DNA of 64,000 nucleotides from an uncultured Desulfosarcina sp. (GCA_963674945.2 CAXXWQ010000003.1:1984001-2048000); one strand, 5' to 3'. Shown: positions 37,084 to 48,699, counted from the stretch's first letter. Program-made: numbers and translations. The notes: generated from the letters alone by a model not told the origin.

Positions 37084-37818
37084 TTAAATATTAAGTTTGG
37101 CTTTAAGCTCTTCAATCGTATCCTTAATGTCTTTAACCTTTTCGGTTATATCATCAATTTTATCGCCATAACCTTCAGCCGAATCAACAATTTCACCCAC
37201 CTTGGCTGATGCCTCTGCCAAACTCTGGCTTACTTCTGTCCTCAAATCCCTTTCCACTCCAACTTCTGCCAATATTTCCGATTGAGCGTCATGTACCTTT
37301 TTAATCGAAGCCAAATGGCCAGTAACGACCGCATTTGCATACTGTAGTTGGGTGTAGGCCCTGTCAATCGATCCAATAACTTCTTTTTTCTGAGTACGGA
37401 TTGGTTCGAGCAATTCTGATCTAGTATTTTCGATATCAGTTTGAATGGCTCTCACCATTATTTCCATTCCGGCGAGGACTTTCCTTTGCAATTCAGGCGA
37501 GCCTTGGTCGCTAAAGGCTTTGTTAATGGCTATCAGCAAAGATTTGTTGCGTTGAGTTTGGTCCGGGCTGTCTGCCAGTTCCTTTTGCCGAGCCATGGCC
37601 GCGTTAATTTGGTGAGGAGCATATACATCGTCAATAAAGCGGTTAATATCCTTTTCCATGCGTTCAAACATAATTCCCGCCAACTGCCGATGAGCCTCAT
37701 GAGCAACAACCAAATCCCTGCCGACCGTAGCTGATAATTCAACTGACTCTTTTGGAACCGACGCACAGGAAAATAAAAAAACCGCAATAATAAGGCCTAT
37801 TAAAAATCTAATCTTCAT
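37084..37818 (-). CDS. Helical lipoprotein
   Basis: Lipobox LFSC-ASVP; GGAGG RBS; coiled coil. Confidence 0.8.
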   Translation of the reverse strand: MKIRFLIGLIIAVFLFSCASVPKESVELSATVGRDLVVAHEAHRQLAGIMFERMEKDINRFIDDVYAPHQINAAMARQKELADSPDQTQRNKSLLIAINKAFSDQGSPELQRKVLAGMEIMVRAIQTDIENTRSELLEPIRTQKKEVIGSIDRAYTQLQYANAVVTGHLASIKKVHDAQSEILAEVGVERDLRTEVSQSLAEASAKVGEIVDSAEGYGDKIDDITEKVKDIKDTIEELKAKLNI

Positions 37819-38367
37819 TCCTCCTCCTTTAGGCAAAACTTTCCAAATCCAAAATCAGAAAGATCTCACCCGAACAAAGGTCTCCTTTATAATGTTGATT
37901 AAGGATTCGGTCAGCATGAGAATCTCTTTTAGTGGACCAAAACCTCAATAATAGTTTGTTCCACTATCATCTGTTTAGTGAAAGCTATCCGCATTGCGTC
38001 TGTCATTTTCATGGTATATAGTAATTGGGCATTCAAAGTTCGCAAAAAATTCATTACAAGTCAACATTTTACTCATTTTTCCACCTATCATTTATTCCTT
38101 TTATTCGCCGTCCTCTACCAGCCTCGCACCCAAAAGGAAGGCATCAAACCGTCCGTCAAGTTCATTGCGCTTTCCACCGGCCAATTAGAGTGAGCCACTC
38201 GCCCAAATACCTCTTGACACTAAATTACAGCCATAATACCTACAAGATATAGGTTATTTCCAATTAACCTAAAGTTCCTCTCGTAGAAAAATATTTCTAA
38301 TCGATAAGAAGTTTTACCATTTTTAAAGACAAGCAAAATTGTTTTTCAAAATTTACAGAGGTCCAGA

Positions 38368-39291
38368 ATGGAATCCAATATACAATTCAAATACGAGGTA
38401 GCGCTGACATTCGCCGGCGAAGACCGCGCCTTTGCCGAAGCCGTGGCCACAGGCCTAAAATCTGCCGGCGTAAACGTTTTTTACGACGATTTCTATATCG
38501 AGGACTTATGGGGACAGGATTTAAGCGTCAAACTGAGGGACGTTTACCGCCGGTCAAGCCAATTCTGTATCATGATCATCTCAGAAAACTATGTCCGCAA
38601 AATGTGGCCCAGCCATGAGCGCCAGCAGGCCATTGAACGAATGATACAGGATCATGGCAAAACATACATCCTGCCCGTCCGGCTTAATGGCTTTAAAGGG
38701 GAAGTTCCGGGCTTTTCTGACTCAATCAGCTACCTGGCCGTGAATAGTAACGACCCGCAAATTGTCGTGGACGCCTTTCTTAGAAAAATCGGCCGAAAAC
38801 CCGATTCTCCTAAAAAAACCAAAACAAGACAGGAAATGCCTAAAATCCGTCTTCCCAAAATGAAAAAGTCCTATACGGATAGAGAAAAAAACCAATTCCT
38901 AAAAGCCTCATTTACCGAAATAGTCAATATTATTGACAGCTTTGCCAGCGGCACCAAAGACGAATATCCTCATTTTGATTACGAGATGGAAAAGATAACC
39001 TCCCGGAAAGTACTGTTCACTCTTTATAATAATGACCAGCAAGTAACCCAGTTCAAAATCTGGATTGGCGGCATCTCAGGGGGGAATTCCATTGCTTTTT
39101 CCCACGGGCGAAATGTCAACGTAGATAATGACAATACCATGAATGAGTCAATATCCATAGAAGAGCACGAAGGCGAACTCAAATTAAAACCAATGGGATT
39201 TGGCCTGTTCGGCAATAATGCTGACAAACCAATGTCGCCCCGACAGTCAGCGGATTACCTTTGGGAAGTTGTTACCAAACATCTGCAATAA
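38368..39291 (+). CDS. TIR-domain protein
   Basis: YEVALTFAGEDR, VFYD, S..Y....WPSHE (catalytic-type Glu), ILPV. Confidence 0.9.
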   Translation: MESNIQFKYEVALTFAGEDRAFAEAVATGLKSAGVNVFYDDFYIEDLWGQDLSVKLRDVYRRSSQFCIMIISENYVRKMWPSHERQQAIERMIQDHGKTYILPVRLNGFKGEVPGFSDSISYLAVNSNDPQIVVDAFLRKIGRKPDSPKKTKTRQEMPKIRLPKMKKSYTDREKNQFLKASFTEIVNIIDSFASGTKDEYPHFDYEMEKITSRKVLFTLYNNDQQVTQFKIWIGGISGGNSIAFSHGRNVNVDNDNTMNESISIEEHEGELKLKPMGFGLFGNNADKPMSPRQSADYLWEVVTKHLQ

Positions 39292-39301
39292 GGATAAAAC
39301 C

Positions 39302-39751
39302 ATGGAAGAGGAGATTAGTACTTTTGAGGAGTATTTATATGTTTATCAGAATCTGCACACCACCGCTCAAGAATTGTTTGATAAAGTAAAAAGAGTGGTA
39401 ACTGCGGATAAAGAAGCTTTTACTATTATTAAAGAAAAATCAGAAGACACCTTGTCGATAACGATTAAGATGTGTGGCTTTAAAATCAAAAGTGTCCTTG
39501 TTATCAATTCCTCAAGGGAGATCGGCCATATCAATTGGTATCATCTGTATTTTGACGAAAATGAACAGAAAGACCGGGGAGAGCTTGTATGTGAACAGTT
39601 TTTTGATACTAAGGGTTTGATATATAAAGACGAATTAAAGCAACATCCCTTATTATTCCAAATGCGGGGACGCTTCGACTCCTATTTAAAAAAAACCTTT
39701 TTCCAAATTTTCCAGGCTATAGACAACAAAGGCAACACTGGACGCAATTGA
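39302..39751 (+). CDS. Hypothetical protein
   Basis: AAGGA RBS before MEEEIS... Confidence 0.7.
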   Translation: MEEEISTFEEYLYVYQNLHTTAQELFDKVKRVVTADKEAFTIIKEKSEDTLSITIKMCGFKIKSVLVINSSREIGHINWYHLYFDENEQKDRGELVCEQFFDTKGLIYKDELKQHPLLFQMRGRFDSYLKKTFFQIFQAIDNKGNTGRN

Positions 39752-39810
39752 TTTCCTCTGATCATTAAAGGAGCATATATACCTCTAAAAAAGGCATAGG
39801 AGGCCAAATC

Positions 39811-40851
39811 ATGTCAATCGCTTTCAAAAGCCCTTCTCCCAAGCACGCCTTCGCGGCCGCAGATGAGATCAAAGCCATCAATAAGCACTTTACCAAGCGC
39901 CAGGTACCAAAATCAAAAAATAACAATCTACTCTTGGCTTCCTGGAATATAGCCAACTTTGGAGCTCAAGACCGGACCGATGAGGCCTTAAAGGTCATAG
40001 CGCATATCCTCAAACGCTTTGACCTCATTGCCGTTCAGGAGGTTAACGACCAGTTCAGAACTTTCGAAAAAGTAATCTCTTTAATGGGAAAATCTTTCAA
40101 CTACGTTATGACTGACACGGCCGGTAATGCCGAGCGCCTGGCTTTTGCATACCGCCATAGCCTGGTTTCACCCTCCCATCTTTTCGGTGAGTTGTCGCTA
40201 AGGCCGCGCCAATATCCCAAAAGGACGGTCCGCGTGCGCTGGACAGACAAAAACGGTAAGGCTCAAGTTGATGTTTTCAAAAACCACCGCTTTGAACCCT
40301 TTGACCGCAACCCTTACATCGGCTCTTTCATTTCTGGAAATATCGAATTCACTCTGGCCAATGTGCATCTCTATTTTGGAGAATTCCAGGACTCAAAAAC
40401 CAGAGAACAGCGCGAAAAATACGCCCGGCGCGTTTTAGAAATTTATACCTTAAGCAAATGGGCCGGGGGGCGCATCAAAAAACATACTACCTATGACCCG
40501 GATATCGTCTTGCTGGGAGATATGAATGTGCCCTCGATGGAACCAAATGAAAGCACCTATAAGGCCCTTATAAAATTCGGCTGGCAGCCCGTAAATTTCG
40601 TGACCAAAACCGGCGGTTCCAACCTGGGCAACGATAAAACCTACGACCAAATGGCTTTTGCGCCTGGTAGCATTGGCAACCGCATCAAAGATTTTGGTGT
40701 TTTCGATTTTGACAAGGCCGTTTTCCAGCCCCTATGGAAAGATTTAATTTCCGAAATGTATAAAAGCAGGGCAATTGGCTTATTCAACCGCCACGTTAGA
40801 CACCATTTTTCCGATCATCGTCCTTTATGGGTTCAGTTAGATACCGTTTAA
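39811..40851 (+). CDS. Endonuclease/exonuclease/phosphatase (DNase I-like) protein
   Basis: ASWNI, DLIAVQEV, NVHL, LLGDMN, YDQ, SDHRP. Confidence 0.92.
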   Translation: MSIAFKSPSPKHAFAAADEIKAINKHFTKRQVPKSKNNNLLLASWNIANFGAQDRTDEALKVIAHILKRFDLIAVQEVNDQFRTFEKVISLMGKSFNYVMTDTAGNAERLAFAYRHSLVSPSHLFGELSLRPRQYPKRTVRVRWTDKNGKAQVDVFKNHRFEPFDRNPYIGSFISGNIEFTLANVHLYFGEFQDSKTREQREKYARRVLEIYTLSKWAGGRIKKHTTYDPDIVLLGDMNVPSMEPNESTYKALIKFGWQPVNFVTKTGGSNLGNDKTYDQMAFAPGSIGNRIKDFGVFDFDKAVFQPLWKDLISEMYKSRAIGLFNRHVRHHFSDHRPLWVQLDTV

Positions 40852-40963
40852 CTGGAAAAAAAACCTTGAAAACGTAATTTACCTATCATGATTTAAACCG
40901 GTATAGAGCTATATACGCGATTCCGTCAAATTTCTATAAGAATTCATACCAATTCACTTCATC

Positions 40964-40993
40964 AAAAAGGCCACCTATCAAGGCGGCCTTTTT
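40964..40993. terminator. Bidirectional intrinsic terminator
   Basis: AAAAAGGCCACCT...AGGCGGCCTTTTT. Confidence 0.8.
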
Positions 40994-41017
40994 GTTATTC
41001 TTATAATATTTATAAAT

Positions 41018-41515
41018 CTATTTCACGATAGTTATTTTCATATTTGGCGGACTTTCAAGAGTAGAACCATCACAATAAATATAACCAATAATTTTAAACT
41101 TTGAAACATCAATGTCATGTTCTCCGACAGTATAAAGTTTTATCCAGTTCGAATCTCGGATAGTGATAGTATTATCGTTAATTGCTTTAACAATGCCGAC
41201 ATGACCGACACCTAAACCTATTTTTGAAGGGTCCTTGTCAAAAACGATGATCGCGCCTACGCGAGGCTCTTGTCCTACCGCATAGCCTGCCTGTTGAGCC
41301 TTATCATAACATGTCCAGGCTTCGCCGTTACATCCACGGTAGGAAATCTCTGTCTCATGGCGAACATATTTAACACATTGACCATTATCCTTTTCTTTAT
41401 TTAAGTCAATTACATCTTTAAAGGCTGTCGAACGACAAATAAAATTTTGATAAGCATATGTATCGCTAACGCCTAAAAAGAAAAATGCCAGTAAAATTAA
41501 ACTTGATTTTTTCAT
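41018..41515 (-). CDS. Secreted CHAP-domain amidase
   Basis: Signal peptide; GQCVKYV, G.A..., P.VGAIIVF, GHVGIV, DSNW. Confidence 0.9.
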   Translation of the reverse strand: MKKSSLILLAFFFLGVSDTYAYQNFICRSTAFKDVIDLNKEKDNGQCVKYVRHETEISYRGCNGEAWTCYDKAQQAGYAVGQEPRVGAIIVFDKDPSKIGLGVGHVGIVKAINDNTITIRDSNWIKLYTVGEHDIDVSKFKIIGYIYCDGSTLESPPNMKITIVK

Positions 41516-41585
41516 TATCGCACCTCTTCTAAGAGCAATAATATATTGATATTATCCTGGTTGCTTATAAAAAATTTGCAAACTA

Positions 41586-42230
41586 CTATAAAAATATCAA
41601 TGATCCTATCATTTTTTCTATAATTTCAATTTCCTCTTGTTGGTTTTCTTTGCCATTTCCAACACTATGGGCAAAGTCATAGTAGTATTTTTCGTTAGAA
41701 ATTAAGGCACCAGCCACTGGCAAAGTCATGTCCCAGGTACCATCCCTTTCCTTGTTTTTTTCAGAAATACTATATAAATAAACTATTTGTCCATTTCTTA
41801 AAGTTATAATTTTAAATTCTTTGCTAAGATTTTTAAAGGAATTAAAATATTCTACAACCGTATTATTTTCTATATTATAAATACAAATCGAAATTTCTTT
41901 TGGTTGCACAGCCACGGGCTCACCTGTTTCAGGAAACTTGCCATTATCGGAAAAATCTATATACACCCGGCCAAATTTATTTTTAAACGATTCATCAACC
42001 CTGACAAACCAATTATTCGGATAATTAATCTCAAAACCATATTCCTCATTCCTGTAAATTTGCCAATCAAAAGTATCAATTTCCTTCTTAGTAGAACTTG
42101 ATACCATTTCCGATTCATTGCTTAAAATAACCTTTGTACTTACATTATCTTTATTGGCGGGTTTCCAAAAAAAGATAAAGCATATTAATGATAGAAAGAT
42201 AATACAAATATAAATATATATTTTCTTCAT
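41586..42230 (-). CDS. Exported PsbP-like protein
   Basis: N-terminal TM; DWQIYRNEEYGFEINYP; C-terminal II..MI.SL.F. Confidence 0.75.
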   Translation of the reverse strand: MKKIYIYICIIFLSLICFIFFWKPANKDNVSTKVILSNESEMVSSSTKKEIDTFDWQIYRNEEYGFEINYPNNWFVRVDESFKNKFGRVYIDFSDNGKFPETGEPVAVQPKEISICIYNIENNTVVEYFNSFKNLSKEFKIITLRNGQIVYLYSISEKNKERDGTWDMTLPVAGALISNEKYYYDFAHSVGNGKENQQEEIEIIEKMIGSLIFL

Positions 42231-42827
42231 ACGTTTAACGATTAATAATATATAATCGGCTAATTCTTATTAAAATTGAGCGATAAGGATATATAGTCGA
42301 TTATTAATCTAAATTTTATAATAGCAGTGATTTTTTTGATTATGTTTAGACAAAATAGTATTGTTTTTAAAAATTTTAAAAATAAAGTTGATATATAAAT
42401 AATATCATAGAAAGAAAATATGTCCAATAGCCTGGATAGCTTGGATTTCTAACTATAGGCCTTCCAACAAAAAGATAGGAGTGTTCCAATAATTTGGGTA
42501 TAAATGGGTGCATAGCACCCGGTTCAAAAACAAACAATCAATATGTTCCGGCAGTGTTAATAGTTCATGGGCGGCCTTGTTTAGATAAAATAGTGAAATT
42601 TTTGTTACTAACTGAAATTGTATTTTTCAAAATTTTTCACAATTACAATCAAAATCTACATTTCTCCTTTTTTCTCATAAAAATAACCACCTAAAAGAAT
42701 TAGCCATTCCTAACATCATGGTATTGGCATATAAATTGCTATTTTATTCCTGTTGGCTCTTTGACAACTAAAGACGTAACTTGCTAAAATAATAGAATAA
42801 AATAAGAATTAACTATATTATTACATT

Positions 42828-43496
42828 ATGAAAAAATTTAAACTAATTGGAATAAGCATTATTCCAATCATTTTATTATCTGCCTGCGTCCAGAAAGCGC
42901 AAGATAGCCAAAAAACAGGTGATGCAGAGCAAATAGATAATTCTCAACAAGAAGTGGCCGAAGATACCAATACCAAAATCGGGCCAGAGATTTTGGAAAC
43001 CGATATTGATACCAGCGACTGGCAAACTTATCGAAATGATGAATATGGGTTTGAAATCAAACATCCAGACGATCTTTATACAGTTAAAGATGATGGTCTA
43101 ATATGGGGAGATAGTAGCTCCATTAAAGGCGCAATAAAATTAATTGAGAGTAAGCCATATCAAAAGAGTTTTGCTACTAATACCCTTTTTTGGATAATCT
43201 TTGTAACAAAGGAAGATATTGATAGATTCGAAGAAAAATTAAATAGTCTTGTTAAAATAGACACTGAATTTGATTACTCAAAGGTAATTCTGAATAACTC
43301 AAACGGAATTCAATATTTAAAATACGAATTTTGTAGCTATCAGGAACAAATTAATTGTCAGGAAAAAAATTCAAAATTCTATTTTTGGGTTAATAATGAA
43401 TTTTATATTAGTTTTCAAGGTGATGGATGGTATTCTACAAATAACTCTGAAGAGATACTTCATGAAATAATTGATAGTTTTATCTTTACAAAATAA
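42828..43496 (+). CDS. PsbP-like lipoprotein
   Basis: Lipobox LSAC; DTSDWQTYRNDEYGFEIKHP; C-terminal ILHEIIDSFIF. Confidence 0.78.
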   Translation: MKKFKLIGISIIPIILLSACVQKAQDSQKTGDAEQIDNSQQEVAEDTNTKIGPEILETDIDTSDWQTYRNDEYGFEIKHPDDLYTVKDDGLIWGDSSSIKGAIKLIESKPYQKSFATNTLFWIIFVTKEDIDRFEEKLNSLVKIDTEFDYSKVILNNSNGIQYLKYEFCSYQEQINCQEKNSKFYFWVNNEFYISFQGDGWYSTNNSEEILHEIIDSFIFTK

Positions 43497-43554
43497 TAGT
43501 TTGAGGTGAGGAATTATTATTGATAGTGGCCGAAAAAGAATTATAGGAGGGTTA

Positions 43555-45306
43555 ATGAAAAACCGAAAAATATTATTTATGGTGACTGTTTGGTTTTTAC
43601 TATTAATTTACCGGCCTTGTTTTGCAGATATAGATGATGTTCTAAAACAAATTGTTCCAAAAATGACTGGCTTAGGATACACCCATTTACAATATAACCC
43701 CTCCAAAGTTCCAGGTCATACTCATTTGGGGGTAGATATTATGGCTCCATGTGGATCTTTGATTTATCCATTTGCTGACGGAATTGTTACGAAGATATTC
43801 AATAATACAAACGGTCTCGGTTACGCTATTATGATTCGTCATCCTGGATTAGGTAGCCTCGGAAAGGATCTTTATACAATATATCTACATATGCAAAGCG
43901 AACCAAATATTAATGGCAAAATATTATCTACTGGCGATAATGTTTTTATTGATAAGCCGATAGGCGAAATAGGCGAATCAGGATTTGCATCTGGTTGTCA
44001 TACTCACTATGAAATTCGTAATTTTTATCATGAGAATGCACCTGGTGGTGGTTGGTATCATAAAGATTCAAAAAATTGCGATGGAACACAAAACATTTAT
44101 GCTTGTGGTGATTTGAGCGATGTTGATTGGGCTATAAATGATTGGGAAAATCCACAAACATTTAAAGTTTCTGGGGTATGCACTTGACTCCAGTGGCCAC
44201 AACATATAGTGTACCAGTCTATGGAGGAAGATTACCCCAGAACGTTGATAGAATTTGAAAAACGATTTAGCTCTGAAGCTGGATGCACTGACTATTTGAT
44301 GGCTCTTAGATGGCCCGAAGGCTTCCGTTGCCCTCATTGCGGTTCTGCATCCTCGTGGAGAACTAAACGATCCCAGTTTCATTGTACTGATTGTGGAAAT
44401 CAATCTACGATAACTTCCGGTACAATTTTTCACGGCACCAGAAAGCCCTTGTCTCTTTGGTTTCGGGCTATGTGGCACATTACAGGTCAGAAGTACGGAG
44501 CTAATGCACTTGGGCTTCAGAGAGTACTTAACCTTGGGAGTTATAATACCGCCTGGCAATGGCTCCATAAACTTCGAAGAGCAATGGTTCGTCCAGGACG
44601 TGACCGATTGTCCGGGATTGTTGAAGTTGATGAAACCTATGTCGGTGGGAAAAAGTCTGGAAAACGCGGTCGGGGTGCTGAAGGTAAAGCTTTGGTCGGT
44701 ATTGCCGTGGAGGATAAAGGCCGAAAAGGAATTGGGCGAATTAGACTCTGGCACCTCGAAGACGCATCGGGAGATAGTCTGACTCAATTTGTACAAGAAA
44801 TCGCCCAGCCAGGCAGCACCATCAGGACGGATGATTGGCCCGGCTATAGCAGCCTTGGCGATAAAGGATTTAAGCATATTGCGATTCCATCGCATGACTT
44901 GAAGATTGTACATTTGGTAGCGTCGCTCATGAAACGATGGTTACTTGGTACTTATCAAGGGGCGGTCAGACCGTCTCATTTGATGTACTATTTGGATGAA
45001 TTCACATTCAGGTTCAACCGTAGAACATCAGTGTCTCGCGGAAAACTATTTTACAGGCTGGTCCAACAGGCCGTGATGGTGGACCCTGCCCCAGCTAGTA
45101 CTCTTAAAGGTGCATCGTTACCGTTTTTGGAAGGGGCAGCAAATTTAAATCTCGATCCAATTGACGATGACCTGGGCCACAACATATAGTATGTGCTGGA
45201 TTTAAGTGCATACCCCAGTAAAGTTTTTTGTCCAAATTTGGTTCCTTTGAGTAAGGACACAAAAATACCAGGTCCTTCTGGAATAATAATTGACATAAGA
45301 AAATAA
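43555..45306 (+). pseudogene. Secreted M23 peptidase interrupted near its C-terminus by IS1595
   Basis: HLGVD, YLHM, HTHYE; rejoined tail TFKVFCPNLV...IPGPSGIIIDIRK. Confidence 0.88.
44171..45218 (+). mobile_element. IS1595-family element, copy 2 (transposase 44209-45189)
   Basis: Same IRs and protein as copy 1; 8-bp TSD TAAAGTTT. Confidence 0.95.
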
Positions 45307-45377
45307 AAAAAAGAAAAGCTGATTACTTTAAAGTGGTCAGCTTTTCTATTTCAAAGTGGATAGGATAAATCCAGGCT

Positions 45378-45554
45378 CCACCAAACCACCCCAATTAGTT
45401 TGGTGCCTTTATCATCCACCGCCAATAATAGCCAAATCTCTAAAGCTATACCACTCCGCCAACTCCCTCAAAAACCGCAAAACCAGTTTGGTCAAAAACC
45501 TCCCCAAATAGTTTGCTTGCACGTCCTCTGGCGTGAAGGTCTCATTCAAAAATC
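45378..45554 (+). repeat. Dispersed repeat R1 with CCAAACWGTTTGG-like palindromes
   Basis: Near-identical to 49244-49420. Confidence 0.9.
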
Positions 45555-45624
45555 CTTGATTTACCTTTTCTAATCAGTTATTTATATGCAAAAATAATCT
45601 TCCCATATAAAATCAGAGATAATA

Positions 45625-48600
45625 ATGCCAAATATAACTATAGGCCGTGAAAACTTTCGCTCAATTTTTCTCGTTATATCTTTCTTTCTTCTTTCTATAC
45701 TCCTTTTTGAAGCAGTCGCTACCCCCCAGACACAGGAGGACGTATCAAAATTAATTAAACAACTCAAAAACGAATCGAATGTAAACATTCGCCGGAAGGC
45801 TGCATCCGCCTTGGGAAGGATAGGACCGGCTGCCAAAGACGCTGCGCCCGCACTAATTCACGCCATGGAAAACGATCCAGAAAAATCTGTTCGCTATAAT
45901 TCAGTAGTGGCCCTGGGCAGAATCGGAGCGGCTTCCAAAGAAACTGTACCCGCACTCATAAATATTTTCGAAAACAATAAAGAAAAAAATGTCCGTCAGA
46001 ACGCTATATCCGCCTTGGGAAGGATAGGACCGGCTGCCAAAGACGCTGTGCCAGCACTAGTTCACGCCATGGAAAACGATCCAGAAAAATCTGTTCGCTA
46101 TAGTTCAGCAGAGGCCCTGGGCAAAATCGGACCAAATGCCAAAGAAGCCGTCCCCGCCCTGATCAAAATACTGGAAAACGATTTGGATGCAAACAATCGT
46201 CAGAACGCGGCATCCGCCATAGGAGGAATCGGAGCGGCTGCCAAAGAAGCCGTCCCCACACTCATAAATATTTTCGAAAACGATACAGAAGAGAGAGTCC
46301 GCCAGAGCGCGGCATCCGCCTTGGGAAGGATCGGACCGGCTGCCAAAGAAGCCGTCCCCACCTTGATCAAAATACTGGAAAACGATTTGGATGCAAACAA
46401 TCGCCGGTACGCAGCATCCGCCCTGGGAGGGATCGGGCCGGAAACCAAAAACGTCATCCCTGCGCTCATAACCGCCCTGAAAAACGATGCGGACAAATAT
46501 GTCCGCCAGAGCGCGGCATCCGCCCTGGGAAGGATCGGGCCGGAAGCCAGAGACGCCGTACATGCACTCATACACGCTATGGAAAACGATACGAATGAAG
46601 ACGTTCGCTGGAGCGCGGCAGAGGCCCTGGGAGGGATCGGCCCGGCTGCCAAAGAGGCTGTCCCATCGCTCATCCATGCCTTGAAAAAGGATCCGTCTGG
46701 ATTATGGATCCGTGAGAACGCGGCATCCGCCTTGGGAAAGATCAGCCCGGAAGACAAAGAGGTCATCACTGCGCTCGTCCATGCTTTGGAAAACGAGAAG
46801 GATGAAGATATTCTCAGAAGCGTGGCAGGGGCCCTGGGAGGGATCGGCCCGGCCGCCAAGGATGCCGTAACTGCGTTCATATACACCATAGAAAAAAACA
46901 ATACGAATAAAGGGGTGAGCCAGAGAGCAGCGGGGATTCTAAAGAGACTGGCTATAGATCTATCAGAAGCTAAAGCCGTAGATATGATTGAGCCGCTCAA
47001 ACGCGCTTATAAAATCCTTTTAGCATCACGATACAAAGAGGAGGCTAGTATCGTCGAACTTGCTATAATAAATCTTGAACATGAAAGAGATAGATTCCCC
47101 TGGTGGCAAGCTTTCGCTGAATGGATAATAAATCACCTTTGGGTAAGCACTCTTATATCTCTCTACCTTTTGTGGGCAATTCTTTGGCTCAGCATTTTCT
47201 TTATAAATCCCCTCAAAATCATCCCCATAAATGAGAAACTGAAAAACCTGGAGTTCAAACCCAAATGGGCCGGTGGCATAGCCATCTCCCTACGCCATCT
47301 TTTGTTTGTCGGCTTTTTCTACTATAGTCCCCGCGTGTTAGATTCCTGGGTTAAAGCACATATCGAAACCGTGCGCTCTGAGTTCGAAGAGAAAGACACA
47401 GTAAAAGACCGTGCTATCCACATTCCAATTCCGGTTGAAATAGACAAAAAGCCTATCTCTGATCTAAACCCAGCAGACCTCAAACCCGGTTTTAAACACC
47501 CCTTAGTCTGTCTCCTAATTTATGGTGAAGGTGGTGCTGGCAAAACCAGCTTGTCCTGCCAAATCGCCAAATGGACCATGTCTGAGAATGTTGACAACCG
47601 TCCGGCTGCCCACCTCATGCTTCCGGTTTTAATTGAAGACGAAATAGACAATGGTGTAGACCAAGCGTTTATGGACGTCATTAAAAGACAACTCCAAATC
47701 CTAACCAAAGAACCTGACCCTATCTCAGACGATTTTTTAAACCACCTGCTCAGACGGCAGCGAGTTTTGGTAATTGTCGATCATCTATCCGAAATGAGTG
47801 AGGCCACGCGCTCCCAGATTAAACCCGGTCGCGCCGATTTTCCGGCTAACGCCTTAATTGTAACCTCACGACTAAGAGAAAAGGAAATATTAGGCAATTT
47901 AACACAAAGCACGATCAAGCCAATGCGAGTCCAAGGCAACCAGCTTTCTAATTTCATGGAGGCCTATCTCCGGCAAAAAGGAAAGCGCAAACTATTTGGG
48001 CATAGCGAATACTTTGCCGCCTGCCAAAGACTTTCGGAAATGGTTGCTGATCGCGATATCACTGTCCTCCTGGCCAAGCTTTATGCCGACCAAATGATTG
48101 CCCAAAAAGAGTCTGAGGCTGGAGAGAGGCTACCGGACAACATCCCCGACCTAATGATAAAATATCTAAATACAGTCAACCAGGTGATAAAAGAAGACCG
48201 TCTAAAAGACAGAGACGTGCACTGCGCGGTGAAACCTTTGGCCTGGGAATGCCTTAAAGAAGCTTTAAAGCCCGGATACGTTAAAATAAGAACCGCAATA
48301 GAGGTATTAACCTTATCCGGACTTACTGAGGAAGATGTAGAGGCGCGGCTTCACTATCTGGAAAATCGCCTACGTTTAATCCAATTGCTCGAGCCTATAA
48401 AAGACCGTTACCGTTTCGTTCTTGACCCCTTATCCGAATATCTGGCTGCTCTTCATTTGCTTGATGAATCTTCCCAAAAAGAAGATACCGAGGTTTTTTG
48501 GCAGGAATTTCTAATTGATGCTGACGCAATGGAGGGTCAGCCAGAAGAAAAAAAAGGCTTTTTCCTAGCTTTAAGGGATTGTGCAATAGCTAAAAAGTCT

Positions 48601-48699
48601 GAATTCAAAATCCCAGACTTTTTAGAAGATGAGCTCGATAAGAGAGCCGGCCTTGATCCTGAAGCCATTGAGCAATATCGTATAGAACAACGCATTTAA
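45625..48699 (+). CDS. HEAT/PBS-lyase repeat - TM - NACHT-like P-loop NTPase
   Basis: Signal sequence; about 11 repeats VR..AA.ALG.IGP.AK.AVP.LI; TM; GEGGAGKT; VLVIVDHLSE. Confidence 0.88.
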   Translation: MPNITIGRENFRSIFLVISFFLLSILLFEAVATPQTQEDVSKLIKQLKNESNVNIRRKAASALGRIGPAAKDAAPALIHAMENDPEKSVRYNSVVALGRIGAASKETVPALINIFENNKEKNVRQNAISALGRIGPAAKDAVPALVHAMENDPEKSVRYSSAEALGKIGPNAKEAVPALIKILENDLDANNRQNAASAIGGIGAAAKEAVPTLINIFENDTEERVRQSAASALGRIGPAAKEAVPTLIKILENDLDANNRRYAASALGGIGPETKNVIPALITALKNDADKYVRQSAASALGRIGPEARDAVHALIHAMENDTNEDVRWSAAEALGGIGPAAKEAVPSLIHALKKDPSGLWIRENAASALGKISPEDKEVITALVHALENEKDEDILRSVAGALGGIGPAAKDAVTAFIYTIEKNNTNKGVSQRAAGILKRLAIDLSEAKAVDMIEPLKRAYKILLASRYKEEASIVELAIINLEHERDRFPWWQAFAEWIINHLWVSTLISLYLLWAILWLSIFFINPLKIIPINEKLKNLEFKPKWAGGIAISLRHLLFVGFFYYSPRVLDSWVKAHIETVRSEFEEKDTVKDRAIHIPIPVEIDKKPISDLNPADLKPGFKHPLVCLLIYGEGGAGKTSLSCQIAKWTMSENVDNRPAAHLMLPVLIEDEIDNGVDQAFMDVIKRQLQILTKEPDPISDDFLNHLLRRQRVLVIVDHLSEMSEATRSQIKPGRADFPANALIVTSRLREKEILGNLTQSTIKPMRVQGNQLSNFMEAYLRQKGKRKLFGHSEYFAACQRLSEMVADRDITVLLAKLYADQMIAQKESEAGERLPDNIPDLMIKYLNTVNQVIKEDRLKDRDVHCAVKPLAWECLKEALKPGYVKIRTAIEVLTLSGLTEEDVEARLHYLENRLRLIQLLEPIKDRYRFVLDPLSEYLAALHLLDESSQKEDTEVFWQEFLIDADAMEGQPEEKKGFFLALRDCAIAKKSEFKIPDFLEDELDKRAGLDPEAIEQYRIEQRI

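Noticed and set aside
45770..46900. ~102-bp DNA repeats as a non-coding array
   Set aside because: In-frame HEAT repeat coding units
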